A DNA stretch of 64,000 nucleotides from Macrostomum lignano (lineage: Eukaryota): positions 930,001 to 994,000 of the forward strand of contig NIVC01000061.1 in NCBI GenBank assembly GCA_002269645.1. The letters run 5' to 3'. The position numbers and the translations under genes were made by a program. The notes beneath the pieces are model-generated. The model had not been told where the DNA came from, did no database searches, and saw nothing but the letters and a program-made list of their open reading frames with translations. Of this stretch, positions 1 through 13,185 are shown one piece after another; position 1 is the stretch's first letter, and each line of letters starts with the position of its first letter.

Positions 1-301
1 CTGCCGACTTCGGCTCTTGTAGGGGGTCGCGCAGCTGGTTGAGACTGCTGGATGACGTCACCTGGGGAGGGGTGGGGAAGGCCTGTGTCTGTCTGTCGGC
101 CTGTCTGTCTGTTTGCCTGTCTGTCTGCCTGTCTGTCTGTCTGCCTGCCTGTCTGTATGTCTGCCTGTCTGTCTGCCTGTCTATTTGCCTGTCTGTCTGC
201 TTGCCTGCCTGTCTGTCTGTCTGTCTATTTGCCTGTCTGTCTGTTTGCCTGTCTGTCTGTCTGTCTATTTGCCTGTCTGTCTGTTTGCCTGTCTGTCTGC
301 C

Positions 302-334
<33 letters not shown>

Positions 335-3300
335 GCCTGTCTGTCTGCTTGCCTGCCTGTCTGTCTGTCTGTCTGTCCTTCTGTCTGTCTGTCGGCCTGT
401 CTGTCTGTCTGTTTGCCTGTCTCTCTGTTTGCCTGTCTGTCTGCCTGCCTGTCTGTCTGTCTGCCTGCCTGTCTGTATGTCTGCCTGTCTGTCTGCCTGT
501 CTGTCTGTCTGACTGTCTGTTTGCCTGTCTGTCTGCTTGCCTGCCTGTCTGTCTGTCTGTCTATTTGCCTGTCTGTCTGTTTGCCTGTCTGCCTGTCTGT
601 CTGTCTGCCTGTCTGTCTGTCTGTCTGTCTGTCTGTCTGCCTGCCTGTCTGTATGTCTGTCTGTCTGTCTGCCTGTCTGTCTGCATGTAATGCTTAATAC
701 ACTAATGTCAATGTCAAGCGCTTGTTAAGCAAACCATTGAGTAAAAAGTGGCCAAAAATGAGTAGTAAAGAACAGCTTTATTTTTAGAAGAAATTTGTCA
801 AATACACTTACTAATAGACGCTGTTTAAGTCCGCAGTTTAAAAAATTGTCAATAGTTAATTGCAGCAACATCCATATACTAAAATTTCGCTAATAATTCT
901 GCACGGCTAAACTAGATTTTGGTTGAAATCGTTTACAGAGACATGCTAGACACAGAACACAGGCCTGACTAGCTACAAGACTTCACTGGATAAAAAAGCA
1001 AGCCTGAAGTGAGGCACGCGCAGGCCCGGAGACACAGGGGCCACAGTGCATATGTGAATGTGTGTATATACACGATTCGAAGCGCGCATTTCAAGCACAC
1101 ATATCCCCGCCGTACTTTCATGCACAGATCGTATGTATATATACACAAATTCGGCAATGCTTTAAATATCGAAAGAGGGAGAGAGATAGCGGAGAGGACC
1201 AAGGACTACTAGATAAATGCGAGAATCTGGACTGGCCATTTGCGACTGGCTACAAGCAGGCTCATCTCTGATTGGTCAGAGTGCCTGATCAAGGACAGTG
1301 AAAGTCAGTCAGGAATATCTGAGAGTCAGTCAGGAATATCTGAGAGTCAGTCAGAATTATCTGAAAGTCAGTGAGGAATATCTGAGAGTCAGTCAGGAAT
1401 ACCTGAGAGTCAGTCAGAATTATCTGAGAGTCAGTCAGGAATATCTGAGAGTCAGTCAGGAATATCTGAGAGTCAATCAGAATTATCTGAAAGTCAGTGA
1501 GGAATATCTGAGAGTCAGTCAGGAATACCTGAGAGTCAGTCAGGATTATCTGAGAGTCAGTCAGGAATATCTGAGAGTCAGTCAGGAATATCTGAGAGTC
1601 AGTCAGGATTATCTGAGAGTCAGTCAGGATTATCTGAGAGTCAGTCAAGATTATCTGAGAGTCAGTCAGGATTATCTGAGAGTCAGTCAGGATTATCTGA
1701 GAGTCAGTCAGGAATATCTGAGAGTCAGTCAGGATTATCTGAGAGTCAGTCAGGATTATCTGAGAGTCAGTCAGGATTATCTGAGAGTCAGTCAGGAATA
1801 TCTGAGAGTCAGTCAGAATTATCTGAGAGTCAGTCAGGATTATTCGAGAGTCAGAACAGAAGAGATGCAAGCTTCCCTGTCCCTGAGATTGTACGCAGTA
1901 TCCAGAGCTGCAGGAATGAGAGCGGTTACTTCAAGCCTCAAACGTGCTGGCTGCAGGCCCCAAAAAGTGTAGAGTTTCTCCCATTGCTAAACATTCCAGC
2001 GACCTGCACACAAGCTGTTTGCAATCTTGGGGGGGGGGGGAACACGCACACCAATTTATGCTACATGTATATAATTGAATGCGGGGACAAGCCTAGGCAG
2101 TTAGTAATGCTGTATACAGAATTAATACCATACTATGCTTCACATATTCATCAGATACTATAGCTGATAATCCACTGCAGATTGTGCAAAATTGGCTGAT
2201 ATATTGTTTCTAGGAAACTCGTATGTTTCCCAGCAATTGTACTTTTAAACTAAACCATTGATTACGTATCACCATAGAGCCTGTATAGAAGATCGTATCT
2301 GCTGACACTAATCCAACTTGGCATCTTTATAAGCTGACACTAATCTAACTTGGCATCTATATAAGCTGACACTAATCTAACTTGGTGTCTATATAAGCTG
2401 AAACTAATCTAACTTGGTGTCTATATAAGCTGACACTAATCTAACTTGGTGTCTATATAAGCTGAAACTAATCTAACTTGGTGTCTATATAAGCTGACAC
2501 TAATCCATCTTGGTGTCTATATAAGCTGACACTAATCTAACTTGGCATATATATAAGCTGACACTAATACAACTTGGCATCTATATAAGCTGACACTAAT
2601 ACAACTTGGCATCTATATGAGCTGACACTAATACAACTTGGCATATATATAAGCTGACACTAATACAACTTGGCATCTATATAAGCTGACACTAATACAA
2701 CTTGGCATCTATATGAGCTGACACTAATACAACTTGGCATCTATATGAGCTGACACTAATACAACTTGGCATCTATATGAGCTGACACTAATACAACTTG
2801 GCATCTATATAAGCTGACACTAATACAACTTGGCATCTATATGAGCTGACACTAATACAACTTGGCATCTATATGAGCTGACACTAATACAACTTGGCAT
2901 CTATATAAGCTGACACTAATCCAACTTAGAGTCCATAAGCTAACAAAAAAGGCTACTCACTGCAACAAAAGCATTTCCATTACTGCTGCCATTAGTAATA
3001 CTACTAGTAGTAGCAACAGCAGCAGCAGTTGGCGACTCTCTCAGCTGCCCGTTGCCAGCAGAGACCGGGACCCAAGCCGACGACAAAGATTGGCGCTCTA
3101 TTGAAGCCAGTTTATCTGCTTTAACGCTGTTACTATTTATAGCCAATGACGTCACTGCCGAAGATTTTTTCCGCTGCAGACGCGCGGACGCGGCAGAATA
3201 ACAATGCTGCCAGTGATAAAAATGAGCAGTTCCTGTACGTAGGGAGGACTGATATACGGCTAGCGAACTGTCCTCAATGAAAGACTCGTTTGATAACAAC

Positions 3301-4412
3301 TCGTAATCTGCCGCGGCTGACGCTACCGACGCCTCCGCCTGTTTGGGCTGCGGGATTTTCAATCATAGAAGTTTTTATTTCTTAGAAAATATCTATAACG
3401 CTAATCTTTATTTTATTGATAAATGAGCGGATTAAACCTCTATTCCTAGCAGACAAAACGGTACTGGCTTCAGTGGTCGAAATCTTTGGAAATCCCCACT
3501 TCAGTTCTTGGAAATCCTCACTTCGGTTCTTGGAAATCCTCACTTCAGTTCTTGGAAATCCCCTCTTCAGACATTGGAAATCCCGAATGCGGATATTGGA
3601 AATCCCGAATGCGGATATTGGAAATCCCGAACGCGGTTATTGGAAATCCCGAATGCGGTTATTGGAAATCCCGAATGCGGTTATTGGAAATCCCGAATGC
3701 GGTTATTGGAAATCCCGAATGCGGATATTGGAAATCCCGAATGCGGTTATTGGAAATCCCGAATGCGGTTATTGGAAATCCCGAATGCGGTTATTGGAAA
3801 TCCCGAATGCGGATAATGGAAATCCCGAATGCGGTTATTGGAAATCCCGAATGCGGTTATTGGAAATCCCGAATGCGGATATTGGAAATCCCGAATGCGG
3901 ATATTGGAAATCCCGAATGCGGTTATTGGAAATCCCGAATGCGGTTATTAGAAATCCCGAATGCGGATAATGGAAATCCCGAATGCGGTTATTGGAAATC
4001 CCGAATGCGGTTATTGGAAATCCCGAATGCGGTTATTGGAAATCCCGAATGCGGTTATTGGAAATCCCGAATGCGGATAATGGAAATCCCGAATGCGGTT
4101 ATTGGAAATCCCGAATGCGGATAATGGAAATCCCGAATGCGGTTATTGGAAATCCCGAATGCGGTTATTGGAAATCCCGAATGCGGTTATTGGAAATCCC
4201 GAATGCGGTTATTGGCAATCCCGAATGCGGTTATTGGAAATCCCGCATCAGTCAGAAAATCCAGAATTCACAACTTAGAATTCACAAATTTTAAATCACA
4301 AATTCTCACAGAAATTACTTGCACAAAGCGGCCAACAACCTCAGTTAAGCTTTCTCTCAATCGCAGCATGAAACTACTGAGCCAAACAGGACCTGCTGTT
4401 GAGAACTTGAGA
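1..4412 (-). CDS. Uncharacterised multi-exon gene, partial; candidate exons 4412-4319, 3347-2961 and 61-1 (continues off the window)
   Basis: Minus-strand segments with compatible phases: exon ending ...VVGRFVQ with donor GTAATT at 4318; acceptor cccgcag then PKQAEAS...NGNAFVA (3347-2961) with donor GTGAGT at 2960; acceptor ccttccccacccctccccag then VTSSSSLNQLRDPLQEPKSA (61-1). The track start at 3362 is TTG, not ATG. Protein not recognised; start codon not found. Confidence 0.4.
83..686. repeat. Degenerate (CTGT)n microsatellite
   Basis: CTGT run with CCTG, TTTG and CTAT variants; source of the SVCL-repeat ORFs. Confidence 0.97.
1300..1857. repeat. 21-bp minisatellite (AGTCAGTCAGGATTATCTGAG), about 26 copies
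   Basis: Visible period; translates as the 7-aa repeat LRVSQDY. Confidence 0.95.
2300..2930. repeat. 32-bp minisatellite (AAGCTGACACTAATACAACTTGGCATCTATAT), about 19 copies
   Basis: Visible period; ends about 20 bp from the donor at 2960. Confidence 0.95.
3490..4245. repeat. 22-bp minisatellite (GGAAATCCCGAATGCGGTTATT), about 33 copies
   Basis: Visible period; the left-most copies are diverged. Confidence 0.95.
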
Positions 4413-5069
4413 CTATATCAGACGGAAATAAAAGTTTCTATTCTATTAATTTAAGATCCTTTCCACTGATCAGCTGCAACACCTCATAGGAGATCAAAAC
4501 AAGGCGAAAATGACACAGTTAACAGACAGTGGGAGTTCTGTCTGCCTTCAGGTATTGGGCAGAAAGAAAGAGAGGCTCAATGTTTAGCCAGTCAGACGGG
4601 CCCAGGTAGGGAGGGAGCTCGAGCCAAACATGAGAAAAATGCAAGCCAAGGTTTCGTATGCAAAGTGTAGACAGTCGCTAAAAAATCAATAAGTTCCCCA
4701 GCAAACCGTACAGAGCAAGCCAGTATCGTAACGAGCTCGTATTTTACGTGCTACTTGTAGTAGTCTAACACATAGAAAAAGAAATAAATAAAACTCGAAT
4801 TTCACAAACTTTCCATCCAAAAAAGCTCTGGTCATTGCAAAGCTGTTAACGCCATGCCTTTTTTATCATTATGAAACATTTGACGGACTCAAAAAATGAC
4901 TTTAAATTTGAGAAAAGGCAGTCAACTGACTTTCATGCGACTTTTGCATTGGAACACCAGACGCGGGGAATTCTACATAAATCACTCGTTGCTAGCTTGG
5001 CCATAAGCAGGACCTAACTAGAGAACTCTCTTTTAGTCTGCGAAACAGTGAAAATGCCAAGGGGAAACT

Positions 5070-5094
5070 GACAGAGACTGACAGGCAGGCAGGC

Positions 5095-5133
<39 letters not shown>

Positions 5134-5158
5134 GACAGACAGACAGACATACAAAGGC

Positions 5159-5219
<61 letters not shown>

Positions 5220-5228
5220 TACAAAGGC

Positions 5229-5285
<57 letters not shown>

Positions 5286-5302
5286 AAGGCAGGCAGGCAG
5301 GC
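5070..5302. repeat. (CAGA)n microsatellite
   Basis: Direct reading. Confidence 0.95.
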
Positions 5303-5419
5303 ATTCAATGACTGGGTGCTACCTGATATTTTTATATCTGAAATCCTGCTTTCCATTGCTAGCCAGGCAGGAATATCTGAGCACACAAAATACTCAAACC
5401 CCCAGTCAGACATCCGCTG

Positions 5420-7285
5420 TCACTTCCGCCGCGACTTCCTGCTGGATCCGGTGCGCCTGGTGCCCTCGTTAGGATTCCGCCGCGACCAGTGAGGCAGGCC
5501 GCCCCTGATGCCCAGCACGGCAGCCCTGCTGGACAGGTCGTGCTGGGCAAACAGCTGGCCGGATGCGGCGGCCTCGGCGTCCACAGAGAACGGGTTGGCC
5601 TTCTGCAGAGTCTTCTTGCTGGGGCGCTGCTGCGGCACGCGCTGCCATTCGCACGTTATGGGGTCCAGGCTGTGCTTGCCGCCCCGCGGCTTCGGCAAAG
5701 AGTAGCGGCTGCCTGAAGGGGGGTGGCTGTGTGCTATCATCTGTTTTTAAGGATTCTGTGGATTGCACGCCTGGCACCCCTGAAGATTCTGTGGATTGCA
5801 CGCCTGGCACCCCTGAAGATTCTGTGGATTGCACGCCTGGCACCCCTGAAGATTCTGTGGATTGCACACCTGGCACCCCTGAAGATTCTGTGGATTGCAC
5901 GCCTGGCACCCCTGAAGATTCTGTGGATTGCACACCTGGCACCCCTGAAGATTCTGTGGACTGCACGCCTGGCACCCCTGAAGATTCTGTGGATTGCACG
6001 CCAGGCACCCCTGAAGATTCTGTGGATTGCACGCTCAGCTCTCCCCTAACAATCTGAGGGTTGCACGCTTGGCACTCCCTAAAGAATGAGTGAACAGTGC
6101 GCTTAGCTCTCAAGCCTTACCCTTCAGTCTGTACTGGTAGTTCTTCTTGAAAAATAGCTGCAACTGTCCAGTGGCATTGTCCAACTGGGCGCTGACTCTC
6201 TGCAGAGTGGCGTGACCGCACGATGGACAGAACCGCTTGTCCGGCCTCAGGCATCGTTTATAACAGCCGGCGCACCAGAGGACGTGAGTTCGAATCTCGG
6301 CAATGATGCGGCCCTCGCACGAGAGAATCGGCACGCCCAACCTGGCGCACACATTCTGCACGGCAAAGTCGGTGCTGGCGCAGGCCACCGGACAGCTGGC
6401 TGCGGAATCCGAGGCGTGCACAACCGAGCCGTTGCCAAGGACGCTAGCTAGGTTGTCCATGGTTACCCAACCGGATTCCTCGTCCTCGGAGTCTGTTGCG
6501 GGATCGGACACGCTCTGCTCCTCCTGCTCGTCCTGTTTAAATGGTTCACGACATGAATTGGCTTAAATTCTTCATTATCCCTACTCAATCTTGATTCTCC
6601 CTACTCAATCTTGATTCTCCCTACTCAATCTTCATTCTCCCTACTCAATCTTCATTCTCCCTACTCAATCTTGATTCTCCCTACTCAATCTTCATTCTCC
6701 CTACTCAATCTTTATTCTCCCTACTCAATCTTCATTCTCTCTACTCAATCTTCATTCTCCCTACTCAATCTTCAGTCTCCCTACTCAATCTTCAGTCTCC
6801 CTACTCATTCTTCATTCTCCCTACTCAATCTTCATTCTCCCTACTCAATCTTCATTCTCCCTACTTAATCTTGATTCTGTAAAAATCTGCCATCGCGCAC
6901 TCACCTGAATTTCCTTCATTCGGTTTCCATATTCACGTGCAGCCTCCGCAGCTGCATCGCCCGCTGCAGCAGCAGCCGGAGGCTTAGCAGGACACCCCAG
7001 CTCCTCCATAACCTGCAGCGCCAGCGCCACAATACCAATATCGGCCATAGACAGGACGCTGAAATCTCCGGAAGCTTTAGCAGCCGCGATCACCTGTGTG
7101 ACGCAAGACTCTAGCGGGTCGCGCACTTGAACTGGCTCGTGCAGCAGTTCTAATCTGAGCCGAGCATTCTGATCTTTCACCTCGGCCATGACAACTGGGG
7201 TGCTGGAAAATTTATTGCCCAGCCTGGATAGATCGCTGCAGGCGATGACGGCTCCGGCGTCTAGGATCACGTGATCAACTACCAT
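5420..7285 (-). CDS. NOB1: RNA-binding protein NOB1 (20S pre-rRNA D-site endonuclease); exons 7285-6905, 6532-6121, 5712-5420; 361 aa
   Basis: PIN domain start (VILDAGAVI...FSVLSMADIGIVALA), Zn ribbon (CAGC...FCPSCGHATLQRV) and C-terminal RYSLPKPRGGKH motif. Splice sites CAG|gtgagt, aaacag|GAC, G|gtaagg and ttcag|GC; phases 0 and 1 sum to 1086 nt. Confidence 0.95.
5750..6035. repeat. 33-bp minisatellite in NOB1 intron 2, about 9 copies
   Basis: Unit CTGAAGATTCTGTGGATTGCACGCCTGGCACCC. Confidence 0.95.
6570..6875. repeat. 20-bp minisatellite in NOB1 intron 1, about 15 copies
   Basis: Unit CTCCCTACTCAATCTTCATT. Confidence 0.95.
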
Positions 7286-9227
7286 AACTTTGGCTTCTGT
7301 CTGTGGGTTTGGTGAGAAATTTATAAGCTAAACTCTTTAACACAATTCGTGTTCATAGCTTTTTCCATTGAAAACTTTGCAGAGATCTTCAAATAGATGG
7401 AAACTAGCAACACATTAATTCCAATACATATGTAGTCGGTCATCAATAAGTGATGTTAAAAATACTTGTTATCAAATGTCTTGGATGTAGAAAGACCTCC
7501 CTTTATGGCAGAAAACCAATCTGTGATGTTAGTACCCTGTTAGCATTGACTTCATTAATAATCCTGTCATATTCACTTATTGGACCACTATGGACTTTAA
7601 AAATTTTTCAAGATTGGCTCCACTGAAATTTTAGATCACCTCCAGGTAAAATAGGCATTTTTATACTACAATATGTTTAGATTCCAATAAATATACAATA
7701 GTATGAATAAGGTGTAAGCCTTATTCTTGCTTATCAAAGACTTATTATAGGGTTCTATAAAATGGAATAAAATGAAGAATAGCATCTAGGTAATTAGCAT
7801 ATCAGATGCTAATTACAGTGTCAGATGTGACAATAATCATGATAAAAAATGTAAATTCATGACCATTTTTATGATTGTGATTTATATAAAGCTTATGAAT
7901 TGTCAATTTTGGATTTGCTCTTTGAAAATCAACTATGGTGCAACATATTATATATATGTTCATTTTTTATTTTAATTTAAAAAGTTCATAGTTGAACATT
8001 CAGCCTTTTTTAATTTAACACAAAAATATTTATCTTATTTTTCATCATTAGTTTTAATGTTTAGCAAAATTAGTCAAATAAAATGCCAAGCTATAAAATT
8101 TTGCAAATAATTTATTATTATTAATATAGCCACTTTAGTCTCGCCCTATGACATTAAAAATTTGCACTGTTTGCGTAAACAATTTACAGTTAAAATCCCA
8201 TGTGAAAAAGGAATGGATCATAATTAGGCTATTATAAAAAGCCAAGTTTGAATTCTAAGGCATATAATTTGTAAAAAAAGTAGTTTCAACACTTTAAACA
8301 TCTTGCACCAATGGGCTTAAGCACCATCTATTGCCCAATGGCTACCAAAATGCTGAAGCAACTAGAATTGAAATGGAAAAAAATTAAGACTATTGCTTAA
8401 AATTTAAAGTAGGAGATCAACTAGCACTTATATAAGTTAAGTAAAAAATTGCATGAAATGACATAGATGCAATAGAAGTCTAAGGTCTAGGATAACAAGA
8501 GTCAAGTATCAATGGCAATGACAATGGTATTGTATGGAAGGATCCATACCATTCTGACTAAGTACCTAAAGAAAAAGTTTAGCAAAGGGGTGCCACACTT
8601 ACTAATAGATGAATAGAAAATATAACAAACTTTGGTTTTAAATAGCTATCTATAAAATTTTTATCAAGAGAAGGAAGTTTTTTATTGAGAATTATTGCTG
8701 GAAATAAGACATGGATCTAAAGGCTAAAGCTGGGATACTAAGACAATGGCCTAGTCTACCAGATGGTTTTTAGCATATTCTCCAAGATCTCAAAAAGCCA
8801 TAAAAATTAAGGTATACTGAAGATCATGTACAACATTTTTTGATGCTCAAGGAATTTTGCTATCCTGGGCAGTCTTATAAGGAACTATTATTCTAAGTAT
8901 TCAGTATACCTTCATTCTTAGTACCTGTCCTTAGAATGGAGCCTAGGGCACCTATTTATAGGCCTAGTCAAAATGACAATAATGTCCCTCTACCTGATAG
9001 TCAAGTAGCGCTGAACATATTCTTTGAGTCTTGGCTGTTTAATCCTTTTTCTGAGCTGCAATAGTATAGGCCTAAGACTACTTTTATTGCAGCTAAATGT
9101 TCTTAAACTTAAATAAACTGCCACATAATAAAAAATTTACATTTTGTATAAAACCAAATTAGCCATTTCATATACAATGCTTTACATGTTAATAATTATC
9201 ACAAAGGTCATTGAGAAGATAGGATAT

Positions 9228-9372
9228 ACTAGCAATCTTTGCCCACCAATGGGGGACATCTAGATAGAATCCTTGTTCTTTACAAATAACACATAGACAG
9301 CAAAATAAGGCTTCATAAAAAACAACAGATATTCCCTCTAAAACCAAAACATCCCAAGACAGCAAGCATCCT
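9228..9372 (+). repeat. Dispersed repeat of about 145 bp, copy 1 (copy 2 at about 22349-22505)
   Basis: Both copies read ACTAGCAATCTT...GGACATCT(A/G)GATAGAATCCTTG...AAAACATCCCAAGACAGCAAG(C/T)ATCC. Confidence 0.85.
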
Positions 9373-9870
9373 TAGACAGCATTCAAGCATCGATCCCCAA
9401 ATAGCAAAATCTCCCAGACTGCAAGCATCCCCCAGATAGCAAGCAAGCATCCCCTCGATAGCAAGCATCCCCCAGATAGCAAGCATCCCCCCGATAGCAA
9501 GCAACCCCAGATAGCAAGCATCCCCCAGATAGCAAGCATCTCCCAGACCCCAGATAGTAAGCATCCCCCAGACCCCAGATAGTAAGCATCCCCCAGACTG
9601 CAAGCAACCCCTGATAGCAAGCATCCCCCATATAGCAAGCATCCCCCAGATAGCAAGCATCCCCCAGACCACAAGCAACCCCAGATAGCAAGCATAACCT
9701 GGATACAAAGAGACCTTATAGATATCTAGCAACCCCCTCTTAAATAGCAAGTACCCCCCCCCCCAAGAGCAAGCATCTCCCAATAGCAAGTTACCCCAGT
9801 AGCAAGCATCCTTCCGAAAGCAAGCATCCCTTTGATAGCAAGTATCCATCCTTAAATAGCAAACATCCAC
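9360..9870. repeat. Degenerate 17-18-bp minisatellite (AGCAAGCATCCCCCAGAT)
   Basis: Visible period, continuing directly from the dispersed repeat. Confidence 0.9.
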
Positions 9871-9924
9871 CAGAGAAAGTAGCTAGTGCAACAATTTCCC
9901 TAGCTTTATAGTGGCTCTATTTTG

Positions 9925-12900
9925 TTTGGCATGACACTTCTTTAATGTTTGAAATGGTGTCTCTTTTATATTTGAAATGGTGGCTCTTTAATGTTTGACA
10001 TTGTGGCTCTTCTATGTTTACCATGGCAGCCCTTTTACGTATGAAATGTTGTCTCTGTTATGTTTGACATGGTGGCTCTTCTATGTTTGACATGGTGGCT
10101 CTTCTATGTTTGACATGCAGTCACATATATGTTTGACATGATGGCGCTTTAATGTTTGACATGGTGTCTCTTCTATGTTTGACATGGTGGCTTGGTTGTT
10201 TGACATGGTGGCTTGGTTGTTTGACATGGTGGCTTGGTTGTTTGACATGGTGGCTCTTCTATGTTTGACATGCAGTCACATATATGTTTGACATGATGGC
10301 GCTTTAATGTTTGACATGGAGCCACATACGAGGGGTGTCCCAAAAGTTCCTAGAATGTCTAACGTAGCTCTTCAACAGAGCCATGAAATTTTACGCCCAT
10401 GCTGTCAAATGAAAGGAAATTTTGTCACAAAGAATACAAAGTTAAAATCATGTTGATATCTTTTTTTATTCAAGAGCTACAGCAAGAAACTTGCGCAAAG
10501 GTCAGGGGTAGTGTTACACAACCTCAACAATCTATGGCAATAATTTTTTCATCTCCATTTTTGTAGTTTTTCATTTTGAATTCGTGCTACTGACGTGTCA
10601 GAAAGACGTGGTAGTGTCTATGGAAAAAGCAGAAATGCTCATAAAGCTAATCTGAGCTTTTGCGCGAGTGCAGATAATTTGTACCAAGCGCTTGCTTTCA
10701 ACTTGAAATTTCTTTGCGAAAATGAGTTCTCTTCAGAGCCTTGAAAGTCAGCAAAGTCAAGTTTTTGCCCTTTGGTCAGTAGGATGGAGTGGAGCCAAGA
10801 TTTCTGACCACTTATTCTCCATCCACGGTGAGAACAGCCTGAAAAAACTGCAATTTACGGATGGATCGAATGCTTTAAAGATGGCCAGTCTGCTGTGAAT
10901 GAATTCAAAATGAAAAACTCCAAAAATGGAGATGAAAAAATTATTGCCATATATTGTTGAGGTTGTGTAACACTACCCCTGACCTTTGCACAAGTTTCTT
11001 GCTGTAGCTCTTGAATAAAAAAAGATATCAACATGATTTTAACTTTGTAACAAAATTTCCTTTCATTTGACACCATGGGCATGAAATTTCATGGCTCTGT
11101 TGAAGAGTTACGTTAGACATTCCGGGAACTTTTGGGACCCCTTGTATATGTTTGACATGGTGGCTCTTTTATGTTTGGCATGGTGGCTCTTTTATGTTTA
11201 ACATGGTGGCTCTTTAATGTTCAACATGGTGGGTCTTTAATGTTTGACATTGAGTCACGTAAATGTTTGACATGATGGCCCTTTTATATTTTACATGGTA
11301 GCTCTTTTATATTTTACATAGTGGCTCTTTTATTTTTGACATGGTATCTTTTCTATGTTTGACATGGTGGCTTAGTTGTTTGACATGGTGGCTCTTCTAT
11401 GTTTGACATGGTAGCTCTTTAATGTTTGACATGGTGGCTTTTAAATGTTTGCCATGGTGGCTCTTTTATGTTTGACATGCAGTCACATATATGTTTGACA
11501 TGATGGCGCTTTAATGTTTGACATAAAGTCACATATATGTTTAACATGGTGGCTCTTATATGTTTGACATGGTGGCTCTTATATGTTTGACATGGTGGCT
11601 CTTTTATGTTTGACATGGTGGCTCTTTTATGTTTGACATAGTGGCTCTTTAATGTTTGACATGGTGGCTCTTTTATGTTTGACATGATGGCTCTTGTATA
11701 TTTGACATGGTAGCTCTTTTATGTTTGACATAGTGGCTCTTTAATGTTTGAGATGGAGTCACGTATATGTTTAACATGGTGGCTCTTTAATAGTTGACAT
11801 GAAGTCACGTGTTTGTTCGACATGGTGGCTCTTTTATGTTTGACATGGTGGCTCTTTAATGTTTGACATGGTGGCTCTTTAATGTTTGACATGGTGGCTC
11901 TTTAATGTTTGACATGGTGACTCTTTAATGTTCGACATGGTGGCTCTTTTATGTTTGACATGGATTCACGTATATGTTTGACATGGTGGCTCTTGAATGT
12001 TCGACATGGAGTCATGTATATGTTTTACAGGGGGGCTCTTGAATGTTTGACATGGAGTCATGTATGTGTTTGCCATGGTGGCTCTTAAATGTTTGACATA
12101 GTGGCTCCTTTATGTTTTGCATGGTGACTTTTTTGTTCAACATGGTGTCTCTTCAATGTTTGACATGGAGTCATGTATATGTCCAACATGGTGTCTCTTG
12201 AATGTTTGACATGGAGTCATGTATATATTTGACATGGTGGCTCTTGTATTTTTAACATGTTGGCTCTTTTATGTTCGACATGGTGGCTCTTTAATATAGG
12301 ACATGGTGGCTCTTTTATGTTTGACATGGATTCACGTATATGTTTGACATGGTGGCTCTTTAATGTTTTACATGGTGGCACTTTCATGTTTGACCTGGTG
12401 GCTCTTTAATGTTTGATATGGTGTCTCCTGGATGTTTGACATGGAGTCATGTATATGTTTGACATTGTAGCTCTTTAATGTTTGACATGGTGGCTCTTTT
12501 ATGTTTTGCATGGTGGCTCTTTTATGTTCGACATAGTGTCTCTTGAATGTTTGACATGGAGTCATGTATATGTTTGAAATGGAGTCATGTATATGTCTGA
12601 TATGGTGGCTCTTTTATGTTTGACATGGATTCATGTATATGTTTGACATGGTGGCTCTTTAATGTTTGACATAGTGGCTCTTTAATGTTTGACATGCTGG
12701 CTCTTTTATGTTTAATGTTTGACATGATTGCTCTTTAATGTTTGACATGGTGGCTCTTTAATGTTTTACATGGTGGCACTTTCATGTTTGACCTGGTTGC
12801 TCTTTAATGTTTTACATGGTGGCTCTTTAATATTTGACATGGTGGCTCTTTTATGTTCAAAATGGTGGCTCTTTAATGTTTGACATGGTGTCTCTTCAAT

Positions 12901-13185
12901 GTTTAACATGAAGTCATGTATATGTTTGACATGGTGGCTCTTGAATGTTCGACGTAGAGTCATGTATATTTTTGACATGGTGGCTCTTTTATGTTTGACA
13001 TGGTGGCTCTTTAATGTTCGACATGGTGTCTCTTCAATGTTTGATATGGAGTCATGTATATTCTTGACATGGTGGCTCTTTAATGTTTGACATGGTGGCT
13101 CTTTAATGTTCGACATGGTGGCTCTTTAATGTTTGACATGGTGGCTCTTTAATGTTTGACATGGTGGCTCTTTTATGTTTTGCAC
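9925..13185. repeat. Large 23-24-bp satellite (ATGTTTGACATGGTGGCTCTTTT), about 3.2 kb, interrupted by a mariner derivative
   Basis: More than 100 diverged units with recurring variant classes (GGAGTCATGTAT, GTGTCTCTT). Confidence 0.95.
10329..11144 (+). mobile_element. Internally deleted Tc1/mariner element with TIRs of about 250 bp
   Basis: TIRs 10329-10583 and 10901-11144; TA duplicated at 10327-10328 and 11145-11146. The core reads MSSLQ...GWSGAKISDHLFSIHGENSLKK/TAIYGWIECFKDGQSAVN from the ATG at 10722 with one frameshift, resembling a mariner N-terminal HTH. Confidence 0.88.

Noticed and set aside
39-728. Long Cys/Leu/Ser/Val ORFs (also 4992-5304, 48454-49175, 54442-55131)
   Set aside because: Translations of (CTGT)n, which has no stops in most frames; no coding features.
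1289-4294. Repeat-protein-like ORFs (LRVSQDY, GNPECGYWKSR)
   Set aside because: Translations of 21- and 22-bp minisatellites, open in several frames and on both strands.
9925-13185. CRISPR-like regular repeats (also 25262-26596 and 50750-51900)
   Set aside because: Units are head to tail with no unique spacers, there are no cas genes, and the context is eukaryotic.
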